Source: Candidatus Woesearchaeota archaeon
Lineage (GTDB): Archaea > Nanobdellota > Nanobdellia > Pacearchaeales > GW2011-AR1
Reading direction: 5' to 3'
Assembly: GCA_964519415.1 (NCBI GenBank)
Contig: CAZFJM010000001.1
Coordinates: 34,294 to 86,038 of the forward strand
DNA length: 51,745 bases
The notes beneath the pieces were generated by a model. It made no database searches. It was not told the origin of the DNA and saw only the letters and a program-made list of their open reading frames with translations. The position numbers and the translations under genes were made by a program. The stretch's first letter is position 1; every line of letters begins with the position of its first letter. This document shows positions 42,793 to 51,689 of the stretch, piece after piece.

Positions 42793-42875
42793 GCCAACAT
42801 CGCATAGTGGTATTGCACGAGGTTGCTAACCTCGGCCCTTTACTGGGCCCCAGGGTTCGATTCCCTGTGTTGGCG
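42793..42875 (+). tRNA. tRNA-Ser(GCU): tRNA-Ser (anticodon GCU), type II with a long variable arm, no encoded CCA
   Basis: Folded by hand: acceptor GCCAACA/TGTTGGC, 3-bp D stem GCA/TGC with AGTGGTA loop, anticodon stem CGAGG/CCTCG, loop TTGCTAA, variable arm GCCC-TTTACT-GGGC, T arm CAGGG-TTCGATT-CCCTG, discriminator G. 83 nt. Confidence 0.9.
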
Positions 42876-42927
42876 TATTAAATAGAATTAAACATTTGAT
42901 TCTGAGCAAAAAGGCTTTTTAGAATTT

Positions 42928-43410
42928 CTAAAGAGATGCAACAATTCTTTCAAGTCCAGGAGAATCTAATGCTACTCCTTCTTTCAAAACAACATCAAAT
43001 TCTCTGTCACCACAATAAAACCCAAATTTCCCGCCAACTTCGTTTAAAGCAGCAACCCATTTTTCACGTTCAAGTTTAGAATCAACAGATAAAAAGTCCG
43101 TATAAAGAATACCACTTGAAATATATCTTAAATTTGGATCTTTTGAAAACCTGCCTGCATAAAGGAAAGTATCTATGTGTTCTCCAGAACCACACCCATT
43201 ATGAAGCCCAATATTACATAGAAAATATTTATCCTCAGGTCGGACAATATTTTTAACTGCCTTTAAAAAAACCTCATTTTCTTCATCAGAAAAACCCTCA
43301 AGCGAAACAATATCAGCAAGACTCTCTGCCACTTCAACTGAATACATCACTTCTTCAGCTATAGTAAATAAATAATCTCTTTCAGGCATAACTTCTGTTT
43401 CAATTGACAT
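42928..43410 (-). CDS. Hypothetical acidic protein
   Basis: 160 aa. No family recognised. A TATA-like element lies upstream. Confidence 0.4.
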   Translation of the reverse strand: MSIETEVMPERDYLFTIAEEVMYSVEVAESLADIVSLEGFSDEENEVFLKAVKNIVRPEDKYFLCNIGLHNGCGSGEHIDTFLYAGRFSKDPNLRYISSGILYTDFLSVDSKLEREKWVAALNEVGGKFGFYCGDREFDVVLKEGVALDSPGLERIVASL

Positions 43411-43492
43411 AGAACAAACAAATAATTAAAGATTATAAGGATTATTGTACTAAATTAACAACGCTTAAAAACAAACATCTCTAATAAATAAT

Positions 43493-44623
43493 ATGTCAAA
43501 AAGAGGAAAAAAGAACGTTTATCTTCTAGGAGCATCCAGCTTACTCAATGATATGGGTAGTGAGATGATTACACCAATTCTCCCATTTTTTATTCAATCT
43601 TTAGGCGGCGGAGGCCTAGCAACGGGTTTGATTAGTGGTTTAAGAGAGGGCATTTCAAGTTTACTAAAATTATTCGGGGGTTGGCTTTCAGACAAAAAAG
43701 GTAGCAGAATAGGAATCGTTTTCTTTGGTTATGTTATGTCTGCAATTTTAAAGTTATTTATTGGAGTTGCACAAACTTCCACACAAATTATTAGCTTTGT
43801 TTCTTTAGAAAGAGTAGGAAAAATTAGAGACGCACCCAGAGATGCAATAATTGCCAGAACGAATAAAGATCGTGGAAAAGCATTCGGACTGCATGAAATG
43901 TTTGACAAAGCCGGAGGAGTTCTAGGAACGATATTAGTATTAGTTTTATTCTGGGCACTAAACTTAGATTTCAGATCAATAACTTTAATTGCTGCAGGAA
44001 TATCATTATTTTCAATTATTCCATTATTTATGGTAACTGACACCAAATCTACGAAAATAAAAACAAACTTATTCCAAAGCATAAAAAAATTAGAAGCTAA
44101 CCTAAAGGGCATGATTCTAATACTTGGACTATTTGCAATCGTAAATTTTGGTTTAGCTATGTTCTTTTTATTAAGAGTCAAAGAAGTAACCGGCAGTTCA
44201 ATAGCTCCCCTATTCTTATATATCTTATTCAATCTTATGAATGCAATATTTGCAGAAAGAATTGGAAGATATTCTAACAGTTTTGGAAAAAGAAAGATTA
44301 TAATTGCAGGATATTTATTATTCTCCGCAATTTGTTTAGGATTTATCTTTGCTAATAGTTTATTATTAGTAGCAATATTATTTAGTTTATATGGAATAAT
44401 GAGTGCAATGACTGGGCCAGTTCAAAGATCTTTAATTGCAGATTTATCTGGAAAAGAAAAAGGTACAGCAATGGGTCTTTACTATTTCTCTATTGGATTA
44501 GCTACTGTAATTGGAGGAATAATCGCAGGTTATATATGGGATTTAAATACTAGCTTGATGTATTATTATTTAGCATCATTAAGCATAATATTCACAATTA
44601 TGTTTTACAAATATACAAAATAA
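43493..44623 (+). CDS. MFS transporter
   Basis: 376 aa, about 10-12 TM. GGWLSDKKGSRIG matches the MFS loop 2-3 motif (G-x-L-x-D-[RK]-x-G-[RK]-[RK]). Confidence 0.75.
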   Translation: MSKRGKKNVYLLGASSLLNDMGSEMITPILPFFIQSLGGGGLATGLISGLREGISSLLKLFGGWLSDKKGSRIGIVFFGYVMSAILKLFIGVAQTSTQIISFVSLERVGKIRDAPRDAIIARTNKDRGKAFGLHEMFDKAGGVLGTILVLVLFWALNLDFRSITLIAAGISLFSIIPLFMVTDTKSTKIKTNLFQSIKKLEANLKGMILILGLFAIVNFGLAMFFLLRVKEVTGSSIAPLFLYILFNLMNAIFAERIGRYSNSFGKRKIIIAGYLLFSAICLGFIFANSLLLVAILFSLYGIMSAMTGPVQRSLIADLSGKEKGTAMGLYYFSIGLATVIGGIIAGYIWDLNTSLMYYYLASLSIIFTIMFYKYTK

Positions 44624-44640
44624 AGAAAAAGAGCGATAAT

Positions 44641-45492
44641 ATGAAAAACGACATTCCAAAAATAGAAAAGGTGATTAAAGAAAAAGAGTGTATAGCCTTG
44701 CTTGCACCAAGTTTCATAGCTGAATTTGATTATCCAGAAATTATTATTGCACTAAAAAAACTCGGCTTCAAAAAAGTTACAGAACTAACATTTGGAGCAA
44801 AAATGGTTAACAGAAACTACCATGAAATTCTAAAAGAGAATAAAATGTTTATCTCAACAGCTTGCCCAGGAATAACATATTTTATTGAAACAAACTATCC
44901 TGAATTTAAAAATAATCTTGTAAAAGTAGATAGCCCAATGATTGCCACAGCAAAAATTTGCAAAAAGAATTTTCCAAAATACACAAGAATTTTTATCTCC
45001 CCATGCAGTTTCAAAAAACAAGAAGCAGAATCTTCAAAATATATAGATTACATAATTGACTATCAACAATTAAAACAACTATTCACGAAAAATAAAATTT
45101 CAGTTAAGAAAACTCCAAATGGAAACGTTGAGAAATTTGATTGTTTGTATAATGACTATACAAAGATATATCCTGTTGCAGGAGGACTAAGCAAAACAGC
45201 TCATTTGAAAGGAATTCTCAAAAAAAGCGAAGTGAAAATAATTGATGGAGTAGAAAAAGTAAGAAAATACCTTGATAATTATAAGAAGAAACCTGATAAG
45301 AAAATAAGATTCTTAGACATAAACTTCTGTGAAAATGGATGTCTAGGAGGCCCATTTATAGGAAAGGATAAAACTCCTTCTAAAAAAATGAAAAGAATCC
45401 AAGATTATATGAAATTCTCAAAAAAGGCTTCAATAAAAGAAAACAACAAAGGTTGGATAAAAAAAGCCGAAGGAATAAATTTTAGAAAATAA
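44641..45492 (+). CDS. Minimal [FeFe]-hydrogenase-like protein (H-cluster domain only, no N-terminal ferredoxin-like domains)
   Basis: 283 aa. LAPSFIAEF; L1-like STACPGITYFIETNYPEF...VDSPM (compare TSCCPGW...SP); L2-like ISPCSFKKQEAE (compare MPCxxKxxE); YPVAGGLSKTAH (compare GGVMEAALR); L3-like DINFCENGCLGGP (compare ExMxCxxGCxxGG). All four cluster-ligand Cys positions are present, but the first Cys of the CC pair is Ala. Confidence 0.65.
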   Translation: MKNDIPKIEKVIKEKECIALLAPSFIAEFDYPEIIIALKKLGFKKVTELTFGAKMVNRNYHEILKENKMFISTACPGITYFIETNYPEFKNNLVKVDSPMIATAKICKKNFPKYTRIFISPCSFKKQEAESSKYIDYIIDYQQLKQLFTKNKISVKKTPNGNVEKFDCLYNDYTKIYPVAGGLSKTAHLKGILKKSEVKIIDGVEKVRKYLDNYKKKPDKKIRFLDINFCENGCLGGPFIGKDKTPSKKMKRIQDYMKFSKKASIKENNKGWIKKAEGINFRK

Positions 45493-45675
45493 TTACTTAA
45501 CACTTATTGCGCCAACAGGACAAGAACTTTCTGCATCTTTAGCACATGTAGCATCATCTACTTTAGCTTTCTTAACTACGGACTTTCCGCCTTTCATTTC
45601 AAAAATATCCGAACACATAGAAGCACAAGCACCACAACCAATGCATAATTTTTTATCAACTTTAACAGTTACCAT
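45493..45675 (-). CDS. Small single-cluster ferredoxin
   Basis: 60 aa. CIGCGACASMC ... CP, the pattern of mono-cluster [4Fe-4S]/[3Fe-4S] ferredoxins. Its stop directly abuts the hydrogenase-like gene stop (convergent). Confidence 0.8.
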   Translation of the reverse strand: MVTVKVDKKLCIGCGACASMCSDIFEMKGGKSVVKKAKVDDATCAKDAESSCPVGAISVK

Positions 45676-45730
45676 TTAAACCTCCTTTAATAAATAAACA
45701 TAAGATTTATAGTTTTTAAATTAATCTATA

Positions 45731-46207
45731 CTACCTACTGTCTTTAGGAATATAACAAGGAGACTCGCCTTTACATTCTTTAATATGTTTTAAGAAAACA
45801 GGATAATTTGTTCCCATAAGCCCACTATTGAAAGAATCTCTTCCATGATCTTTCCTAAGCATATGTTCATAATGAAACGCAGGTAAAAGATGAGTTTTTA
45901 ACTCTTTATCAGCAGCATATACTTTTTCTGATTTTAAATTAGAAGGAGATATTTCGATTGAAGTAATGCTGAACTCCTCACTAGAAGAAAGAGAAGGACC
46001 AAAGATTTCAAAATAAATATGGCCCGCTTTGCCTTTCGCCCATATAGCACTGTTATATTGCCCTTCACCGACTGGAGCACTTTTAGCAAAAAAAGTGTCA
46101 TCTTGAAACTTTATACTATGATACTCATTCTTACTTCCACATCCCGTAAAAAATAAACTTCCTGCAGCAAAACAAGATGCCAGCACACTATTAAGTCCTT
46201 TATTCAT
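45731..46207 (-). CDS. Putative lipoprotein
   Basis: 158 aa. Signal plus lipobox-like LFFTGC. Confidence 0.5.
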   Translation of the reverse strand: MNKGLNSVLASCFAAGSLFFTGCGSKNEYHSIKFQDDTFFAKSAPVGEGQYNSAIWAKGKAGHIYFEIFGPSLSSSEEFSITSIEISPSNLKSEKVYAADKELKTHLLPAFHYEHMLRKDHGRDSFNSGLMGTNYPVFLKHIKECKGESPCYIPKDSR

Positions 46208-46241
46208 AAAAAATTAGATAAACTATTATTTATAAATATTT

Positions 46242-46760
46242 TTAATTACTCTTCTTCAACCACTTTTGTATTGCTTCAACAATAAATTCTCTCGGCTTGC
46301 CTTCAATATCCAAAACCAAACCATCCTCAAATTTAGAAACCAAATTATAAATAGATGTTACTGTCTTAGCACCAGAAGAAGGCTTTCTTTTTTCATCCCT
46401 AGCTATGCAAGTTTCCAAATCCGCTTTTAGAGTAACCACAATTGGATTCTCTTTAAGACTCTTGAAGAAAAAATCAATTTGATCTTTGTGATAGAAATTT
46501 CCCTCAATAACTACGCTATATTTGCTAAGATGCTTTTTTATCTCTGGAAGAATATCTTCTTGAACTGCCAAAAAATTAGCTACAGGAATACAACCAAGTT
46601 TTGGATCAATTCTATCAAAACCGGCTTCTTTTAATAAATCATCAATAAGATAAAGTTTAGCTCCCATTCTTTCAGCTAATATTCTACTAAGAGTAGACTT
46701 TCCAACTCCTAAAGGACCACGAATTATAATAACACCATTTCTCATAAAACTAAGAATCAT
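46242..46760 (-). CDS. P-loop NTPase / small-molecule-kinase-like protein
   Basis: 172 aa. Walker A GPLGVGKST close to the N-terminus. Size and layout match AAA_33 / nucleoside-kinase-like proteins. Confidence 0.55.
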   Translation of the reverse strand: MILSFMRNGVIIIRGPLGVGKSTLSRILAERMGAKLYLIDDLLKEAGFDRIDPKLGCIPVANFLAVQEDILPEIKKHLSKYSVVIEGNFYHKDQIDFFFKSLKENPIVVTLKADLETCIARDEKRKPSSGAKTVTSIYNLVSKFEDGLVLDIEGKPREFIVEAIQKWLKKSN

Positions 46761-46779
46761 TTAACCTTTTTAATTGTGC

Positions 46780-47574
46780 CTAAATCATTTCTTCAAAAAC
46801 ATCGGCTTTCTTCTGATAAAAGATACCTAGAGGGATCTTTGTATCTGGCTTAAGAGAATTATAATCAAACTCTTCAGCTTTTTTCATAGCTGCTTCAAAA
46901 TTTGTTTTATCATGTCCTTTCTCTTGTAAATTATACGTCTTCTCTTTATATCCCACATCATTATGGAAAATAACACAAGGCTGTATAACTTCGATGAAAC
47001 AAAATCCTTTATGCTTCTGAGCTTCTTCTAAAACATTTTGAACTTGAACAGGATCAGCAAAAACTCTAGCAACAAAACTTGCACCAGCTCCAATCATTAG
47101 CTTAATAGGATTAACTGGTTGTAATTTGACGCCTAAAGGGTTTGTTTTGTCTTTATAGCCCTTTTCTGTAACTGGAGAAGGCTCAGCAATAGTCAAAGCA
47201 AAAACCTGATTATTATGAACTAAATATTTTATATCTGAATTATATCTAGCCATATGAATTAAATGTTCCATCCCTTCAGCATAAGCATCACCATCACCAG
47301 AGAAAGCAAGAAGATTCAATTTAGGATTAGCAACTTTCATTCCCAAAGCGACGGGTAAAACTCTTCCGTGTAAAGAATTAACTCCTTGTAAATTCAAATA
47401 GTCGAAAATCTTCGCGTGACATCCAATTCCAGAAACCATTGCAAAATCATCTTTCTTCTTGCCCTGTTTAATCTGAGAATCTAAAAATCTCTGCACGCCA
47501 GCAAGTATCATAAAATTAAAACATCCCGGACACCATGTCGGTATTGCATTTGTTCGAATTGATTTACTGCTCAT
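46780..47574 (-). CDS. 2-oxoacid:ferredoxin oxidoreductase, beta (TPP-binding) subunit
   Basis: 264 aa. PTWCPGCFNF near the N-terminus and the TPP motif SGDGDAYAEG...NN. Confidence 0.85.
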   Translation of the reverse strand: MSSKSIRTNAIPTWCPGCFNFMILAGVQRFLDSQIKQGKKKDDFAMVSGIGCHAKIFDYLNLQGVNSLHGRVLPVALGMKVANPKLNLLAFSGDGDAYAEGMEHLIHMARYNSDIKYLVHNNQVFALTIAEPSPVTEKGYKDKTNPLGVKLQPVNPIKLMIGAGASFVARVFADPVQVQNVLEEAQKHKGFCFIEVIQPCVIFHNDVGYKEKTYNLQEKGHDKTNFEAAMKKAEEFDYNSLKPDTKIPLGIFYQKKADVFEEMI

Positions 47575-48077
47575 TTTAACACCTTCCCAAGTAAATAAGT
47601 ATCTATATATCTTCCGTCATCCGTAATCAATCCGCACTTCCTTTTACCTTCTATTTCAAGACCAAATTTTTTAGCCAATTTCCAAGAAGCTTTATTTTCA
47701 ATAGCACACTCTGCTTCAACTCGTTTAAATCCTCTTTTTTTAACTTCAGCTAATAAAATTTTAACCAAATTAGTAGCTATCCCTTGCCCTTGATAATCAG
47801 GATGAACTCCCCAACCCATTTCAGCTCTATGTCTTGTCCTTCCAGCCTTTTTAAAAAATGCAGAAACAGAACCAACAACTTTTTTTCCATCAAAAGCTAA
47901 AACAGAAAGATTATTGGAACTTTTTTTGTAACCGTCACGCATACCTAAAATTTTCTTTTTATTAGGAGCCACATTACCGCCATTATAAATCCAATTTTTC
48001 CTTTCAATTCCTTCCTTAATTAATTCAGCAACACCTTTTTCATCACCAACTTTAGCAAGCCTATAAATCAATTTCAT
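47571..48077 (-). CDS. GNAT-family N-acetyltransferase (RimJ/RimL-like) embedded in the OFOR operon
   Basis: 168 aa. WGVHPDYQGQGIATNL (acetyl-CoA-binding motif), AIENKASWKLAKKFGF-type C-terminal block. 4-nt overlaps on both sides. Confidence 0.75.
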   Translation of the reverse strand: MKLIYRLAKVGDEKGVAELIKEGIERKNWIYNGGNVAPNKKKILGMRDGYKKSSNNLSVLAFDGKKVVGSVSAFFKKAGRTRHRAEMGWGVHPDYQGQGIATNLVKILLAEVKKRGFKRVEAECAIENKASWKLAKKFGLEIEGKRKCGLITDDGRYIDTYLLGKVLK

Positions 48078-48283
48078 TTAATGCTCCTATTTATTCTAAT
48101 AGATAATATGATTAAAATAAATACATTTGCTAAAACAATAGGTTGAAATAAATTACGATAATTATCTAAAATCAAAAATAAAGTCGCAACCCAACATACA
48201 TACGGAAAATATTTTTCTGCTTTAAATAATAAAAGAGCATACGCTGCAACCAAAAAGATCAAACCAAGATAACCAATAATCAT
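48074..48283 (-). CDS. Tiny 2-TM membrane protein embedded in the OFOR operon
   Basis: 69 aa with two hydrophobic helices. 4-nt overlaps with the OFOR alpha stop and the GNAT start. Confidence 0.45.
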   Translation of the reverse strand: MIIGYLGLIFLVAAYALLLFKAEKYFPYVCWVATLFLILDNYRNLFQPIVLANVFILIILSIRINRSIK

Positions 48284-49812
48284 TTTAATCTCCTCCTAAT
48301 TTCTTCAGCTAATTCATCACTAAAAAAAGGTCTTCCATCATACCTTAAAATTTTATTTTTATCTTCAATTAACACGCCCGTCTTTTCAGCAACTAATCTA
48401 CTCAAAGGACTTTCAGAATTGTTTTCAACAACTAAAACTTTCTTAGCCTTGCCTATTGTTTCTTTAATTTGCTTTGTTGGAAATGGATTCATATATAAAA
48501 CTTGAACAAACTTAGCATCGATTTTATTCTCATTTAAAGCATCTAAAATCGCACCTTTAGTTGAACCCCAAGATAAAATTAAATTCTTAGAATTTTTATT
48601 TCCATAAACTTTAACCTGCTCAAACTTTTCAGACTCTTTTATAATTTCCTTTTCTTTTTTCATTCTAGCATCAAAGTTTGCCTTAATAACTTCAGCATCT
48701 TCAGTAGCAATATTTTCTTGTTTAGTATCTCTTTCATAACTATTAAATCTCTCTCCAACTTTCACAGAGCTCTTAACTTCTTTAATAGACTTCAATGATT
48801 TTTCTTTATCAAATAAAGACTTACCCTCTCCAAGATGTTTATCAGTCAAAACAATTGAAGGAACCCTATATTTCTGTGAAAAATAAAACGCATCATTTGT
48901 AAGTTTAACACTCTCTTCATTATCTCCCGGAGCTAAAACCATTCTAAAAAACTCACCATGCCCGGCATGTAAAGCCATATTCAAATCACCTTGTGAAGTA
49001 TATGTTGCAACACCCGTTCCAGGCCCAGGTCTTTGTGCCAAATAGAAAACTATTGGAACTTCTGCTTGTGCAATAAAACTCAAACTCTCAGCCATTAAAT
49101 CGAATCCACCCCCTGCAGTTCCAACCATAACTCTTTTCCCAACAACAGCAGAACCAACTCCAACTAAAGCTGCAGCAATTTCATTTTCAACTTCAATAAC
49201 TTTATGCTTATTCCCTTTGTCAAGTTGCATCGTTCCCAATTCCATCATCAAAGGAGTAGCAGGAGTCATAGGGTAAGCATAATATAAATCCAAACCAGAT
49301 TTAAGAGCAGAAAAAGCAGTAGCTTCGCTTCCATTAAATAAAGCTAATTTATGTCCAGCTTTCTTAATCTTAAATTTCAAAGAACGGCCATTATGTGCAT
49401 AACCTTCTTTTGCATCTTTCAAATTCTCCTCAAGTTTTCCATAATTCTTAAGCTCATTCTCTAAAATAGAAAAAGGAATTTCAAGAATCTTAAACAAAAC
49501 ACCTGCGAAATAAGTATTTCCTTTTCCCTGAACAAAATCAACAACAATTGCATCTTTAGCTAAATCTTTCTTATGCACCTTAGAAGTATTCTCATCTAAA
49601 CAAACCATCACATCAACTTTTGAAGTATTACTGTAAACAGGACTATCTGAAAAGCTAACTTGATTGAAATTATGTCCTCCTCTAATCAAAGACTGATAAT
49701 CTCTTGAATAAAAAACATAATATCCTTCTTTTAACAAAGCATTCGCAAGAAGCTCACTCAAAAAATTAGGGCCTTGTCCAGCCTTACCACCAATAAGAAT
49801 CTCGCACCTCAT
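48280..49812 (-). CDS. 2-oxoacid:ferredoxin oxidoreductase, fused gamma-alpha subunit
   Basis: 510 aa. N-terminal gamma-type IGGKAGQG...LIRGGHN, then alpha-type NGSEATAFSALKSGLDLYYAYPMTPAT. Confidence 0.85.
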   Translation of the reverse strand: MRCEILIGGKAGQGPNFLSELLANALLKEGYYVFYSRDYQSLIRGGHNFNQVSFSDSPVYSNTSKVDVMVCLDENTSKVHKKDLAKDAIVVDFVQGKGNTYFAGVLFKILEIPFSILENELKNYGKLEENLKDAKEGYAHNGRSLKFKIKKAGHKLALFNGSEATAFSALKSGLDLYYAYPMTPATPLMMELGTMQLDKGNKHKVIEVENEIAAALVGVGSAVVGKRVMVGTAGGGFDLMAESLSFIAQAEVPIVFYLAQRPGPGTGVATYTSQGDLNMALHAGHGEFFRMVLAPGDNEESVKLTNDAFYFSQKYRVPSIVLTDKHLGEGKSLFDKEKSLKSIKEVKSSVKVGERFNSYERDTKQENIATEDAEVIKANFDARMKKEKEIIKESEKFEQVKVYGNKNSKNLILSWGSTKGAILDALNENKIDAKFVQVLYMNPFPTKQIKETIGKAKKVLVVENNSESPLSRLVAEKTGVLIEDKNKILRYDGRPFFSDELAEEIRRRLK

Positions 49813-49856
49813 AGAAACAAAAGAAAAACCTATTATTTAAAAGTTGTGGAAGAGTG

Positions 49857-51107
49857 TTAACTCAATCCTTCAATAGAGTCAACACAAAGAATATTATTTT
49901 TCTTCAACAAATCTTTAGCCTTCTGAACAGACTTTCCACCTAAAAATACACCAATTACTTTCTTATTCTTATTTTCCTTACTAAATTCAATAATCTTCCA
50001 AGCTATATCTTCGTTATCAGACATACTCTGCGGAGTTACAATCACATACAAATTTTCAAATTTTAACTTCTTTATCTCGTCAAACGCTTTAGCGTAATCT
50101 TCAGACCGCGCAGTTCCTAAAATATCCATTGGCTTTTCAATCAAATCGATTCCTTTTCTAGATAAATGGTCAGAAAGCAAAACTCCTGCACCGCCCGCAT
50201 TTGTTAAAATAAAAGAATCACCTTGAGGCATTTTTACCTTTTCATAACTAATCTTCTTACCACTTGCCTTCTCAAACATCTCTAAGAAACTATCGCACTG
50301 AATAACTCCTGCCTGTTTGAAAACTCCTTTGTAAATTGCATAATCAGACGCAACACTTGCAGTATGACTTATCGCCGCTTTCTCGCCTACAGAAGAACTT
50401 CCGCCCTTAATTGCATAAATCTTTTTTCCACGCTTAATCGCCTTCTTACAAACACTAATGAACTCTTGCCCATCCTTAAACTTCTCAACATATAATACAA
50501 TAGAACTAGTATTCTTATCTTTTGAGAAATATTTAATGAAATCATTGAAGTCTAGATTCTCCATATTCCCCAAACTAGCAAAATTAGAAAACCCAAAGTC
50601 ACCATAATCAGAAATATAGCTCCATAAAGCTCCAGACTGACTAATAAACGCAATTTTACCATTTCTAGGCATAGTTGAAGCAAAAGTCAAATCTAACTTC
50701 CTAGAAGGATTACAAATTCCAAAACAATTAGTTCCCAAAAATTTCAAATCATATTTTTTAGCAATCTTAATCAACTTTTCAGGATCCTCTTCGCCTTCTG
50801 AAAACCCGGAACTAATAATAATCACATTTCTTGTCTTCTTCTTACCACATTCTTCTAAAGATTGAGCTACAAACTTAGCCGGAATTGCAATAACTGCCAA
50901 ATCAATATTTCCTCCGAAATCTAGAACCGACTTATAGCATTTTTTCCCAAAAAGAAAATCATGTGAAACATTAACCGGAATAACTTCAAGCTTACTAGCC
51001 AAAACTTTCTTCATTAAAATACCTCCGACCTTATCCAAATGATCAGATGCACCTATAATTGCAATCGTTCTAGGATTAAAAAAATCACTCAAATCTCCTT
51101 TTCTCAT
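49857..51107 (-). CDS. ADP-forming acetyl-CoA synthetase alpha-type protein (CoA-binding + ligase-CoA domains); no ATP-grasp beta part in the window
   Basis: 416 aa. PRTIAIIGAS (CoA-binding Rossmann), ISQSGAL, and AISHTASVAS (phosphohistidine-loop-like SHTG/A). Confidence 0.75.
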   Translation of the reverse strand: MRKGDLSDFFNPRTIAIIGASDHLDKVGGILMKKVLASKLEVIPVNVSHDFLFGKKCYKSVLDFGGNIDLAVIAIPAKFVAQSLEECGKKKTRNVIIISSGFSEGEEDPEKLIKIAKKYDLKFLGTNCFGICNPSRKLDLTFASTMPRNGKIAFISQSGALWSYISDYGDFGFSNFASLGNMENLDFNDFIKYFSKDKNTSSIVLYVEKFKDGQEFISVCKKAIKRGKKIYAIKGGSSSVGEKAAISHTASVASDYAIYKGVFKQAGVIQCDSFLEMFEKASGKKISYEKVKMPQGDSFILTNAGGAGVLLSDHLSRKGIDLIEKPMDILGTARSEDYAKAFDEIKKLKFENLYVIVTPQSMSDNEDIAWKIIEFSKENKNKKVIGVFLGGKSVQKAKDLLKKNNILCVDSIEGLS

Positions 51108-51140
51108 AGAAATTATTAATAAAGAAACTATATAAATGTT

Positions 51141-51422
51141 TTATGGACCTACTAAATGTCTAAGAAACTCCTTCATCTCAGGATCTTCCGGATTTGTCAT
51201 AGAATCCCAAAGACTATCAATATAATCAGAAGGAATATAACCAAACCTTTGACTACGTGTATCTCTTTCCGACTCTGCCTGAAGTTTCGCATCAGGACTA
51301 TCTAAATACGCAAGAAACCAATTACTAATACTATGGGAATTATATGCAGGATTTTCTCTAGTAGATCCAACTACTCCCACTCTTGAAGGCAATCCACTTT
51401 CCAAACCTAATGTTCCGACCAT
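51141..51422 (-). CDS. Hypothetical small protein (93 aa)
   Basis: I place the start at ATG 51422 (MVGTLGLESG...). The track extension to 51443 uses a TTG and reads into the promoter repeat. No family recognised. Confidence 0.4.
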   Translation of the reverse strand: MVGTLGLESGLPSRVGVVGSTRENPAYNSHSISNWFLAYLDSPDAKLQAESERDTRSQRFGYIPSDYIDSLWDSMTNPEDPEMKEFLRHLVGP

Positions 51423-51440
51423 AATAAAACAACACGTTTC

Positions 51441-51460
51441 CAAGTTTATAAATATTTATA
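51441..51460 (-). promoter_or_regulatory. 20-bp promoter repeat, copy 1 (plus strand CAAGTTTATAAATATTTATA; contains the 14-bp perfect palindrome TATAAATATTTATA)
   Basis: Identical to 51690..51709. It starts 18 nt upstream of ATG 51422. Confidence 0.55.
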
Positions 51461-51474
51461 CAATTAAGAAACAA

Positions 51475-51672
51475 TCAAGATTCTAAAATACTACTGCGTA
51501 AACCGAAAACTCCTCTATTTGTAAAAGGTTTATGAGCATAAATACCCTCTCCGCTTGAATGAACCTCAGAAGAAGGAATAGTATGTGCAATAACATAATC
51601 AATATCTAAAAGTCGGGTAGGTTCATAAGACATAGTAAGACGTCTAACTTCTACATGTGCCTCAGTTCCCAT
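51475..51672 (-). CDS. Hypothetical small protein (65 aa)
   Basis: I place the start at ATG 51672 (MGTEAHVEV...). The first 16 residues of the track ORF are a translation of the promoter repeat. No family recognised. Confidence 0.35.
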   Translation of the reverse strand: MGTEAHVEVRRLTMSYEPTRLLDIDYVIAHTIPSSEVHSSGEGIYAHKPFTNRGVFGLRSSILES

Positions 51673-51689
51673 TAACGTTAATACCTTTG

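Noticed and set aside
42793-42875. tRNA-Ser as an integration site for a genomic island
   Set aside because: I saw no integrase or recombinase gene on either side. I did not spot a duplicated copy of the tRNA 3' end nearby. The flanking genes (AlkD-like, a hypothetical protein, MFS) look ordinary. A systematic repeat search was not possible by eye.
2906-44232. Many 60-170-aa track ORFs nested in or antisense to larger genes: 2906..3205, 4459..4683, 6510..6800, 10527..10742, 12445..12636, 13882..14121, 18198..18443, 18376..18561, 19089..19304, 22477..22719, 25038..25235, 26333..26533, 26576..26833, 27134..27361, 28855..29088, 32039..32221, 32401..32643, 32857..33120, 35273..35569, 36375..36635, 36566..36835, 39655..39888, 41250..41432, 43729..44232
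   Set aside because: Each is fully contained in, or overlaps most of, a longer ORF with recognisable family motifs or clear membrane or surface-protein character. None has its own promoter geometry. They are treated as shadow ORFs.
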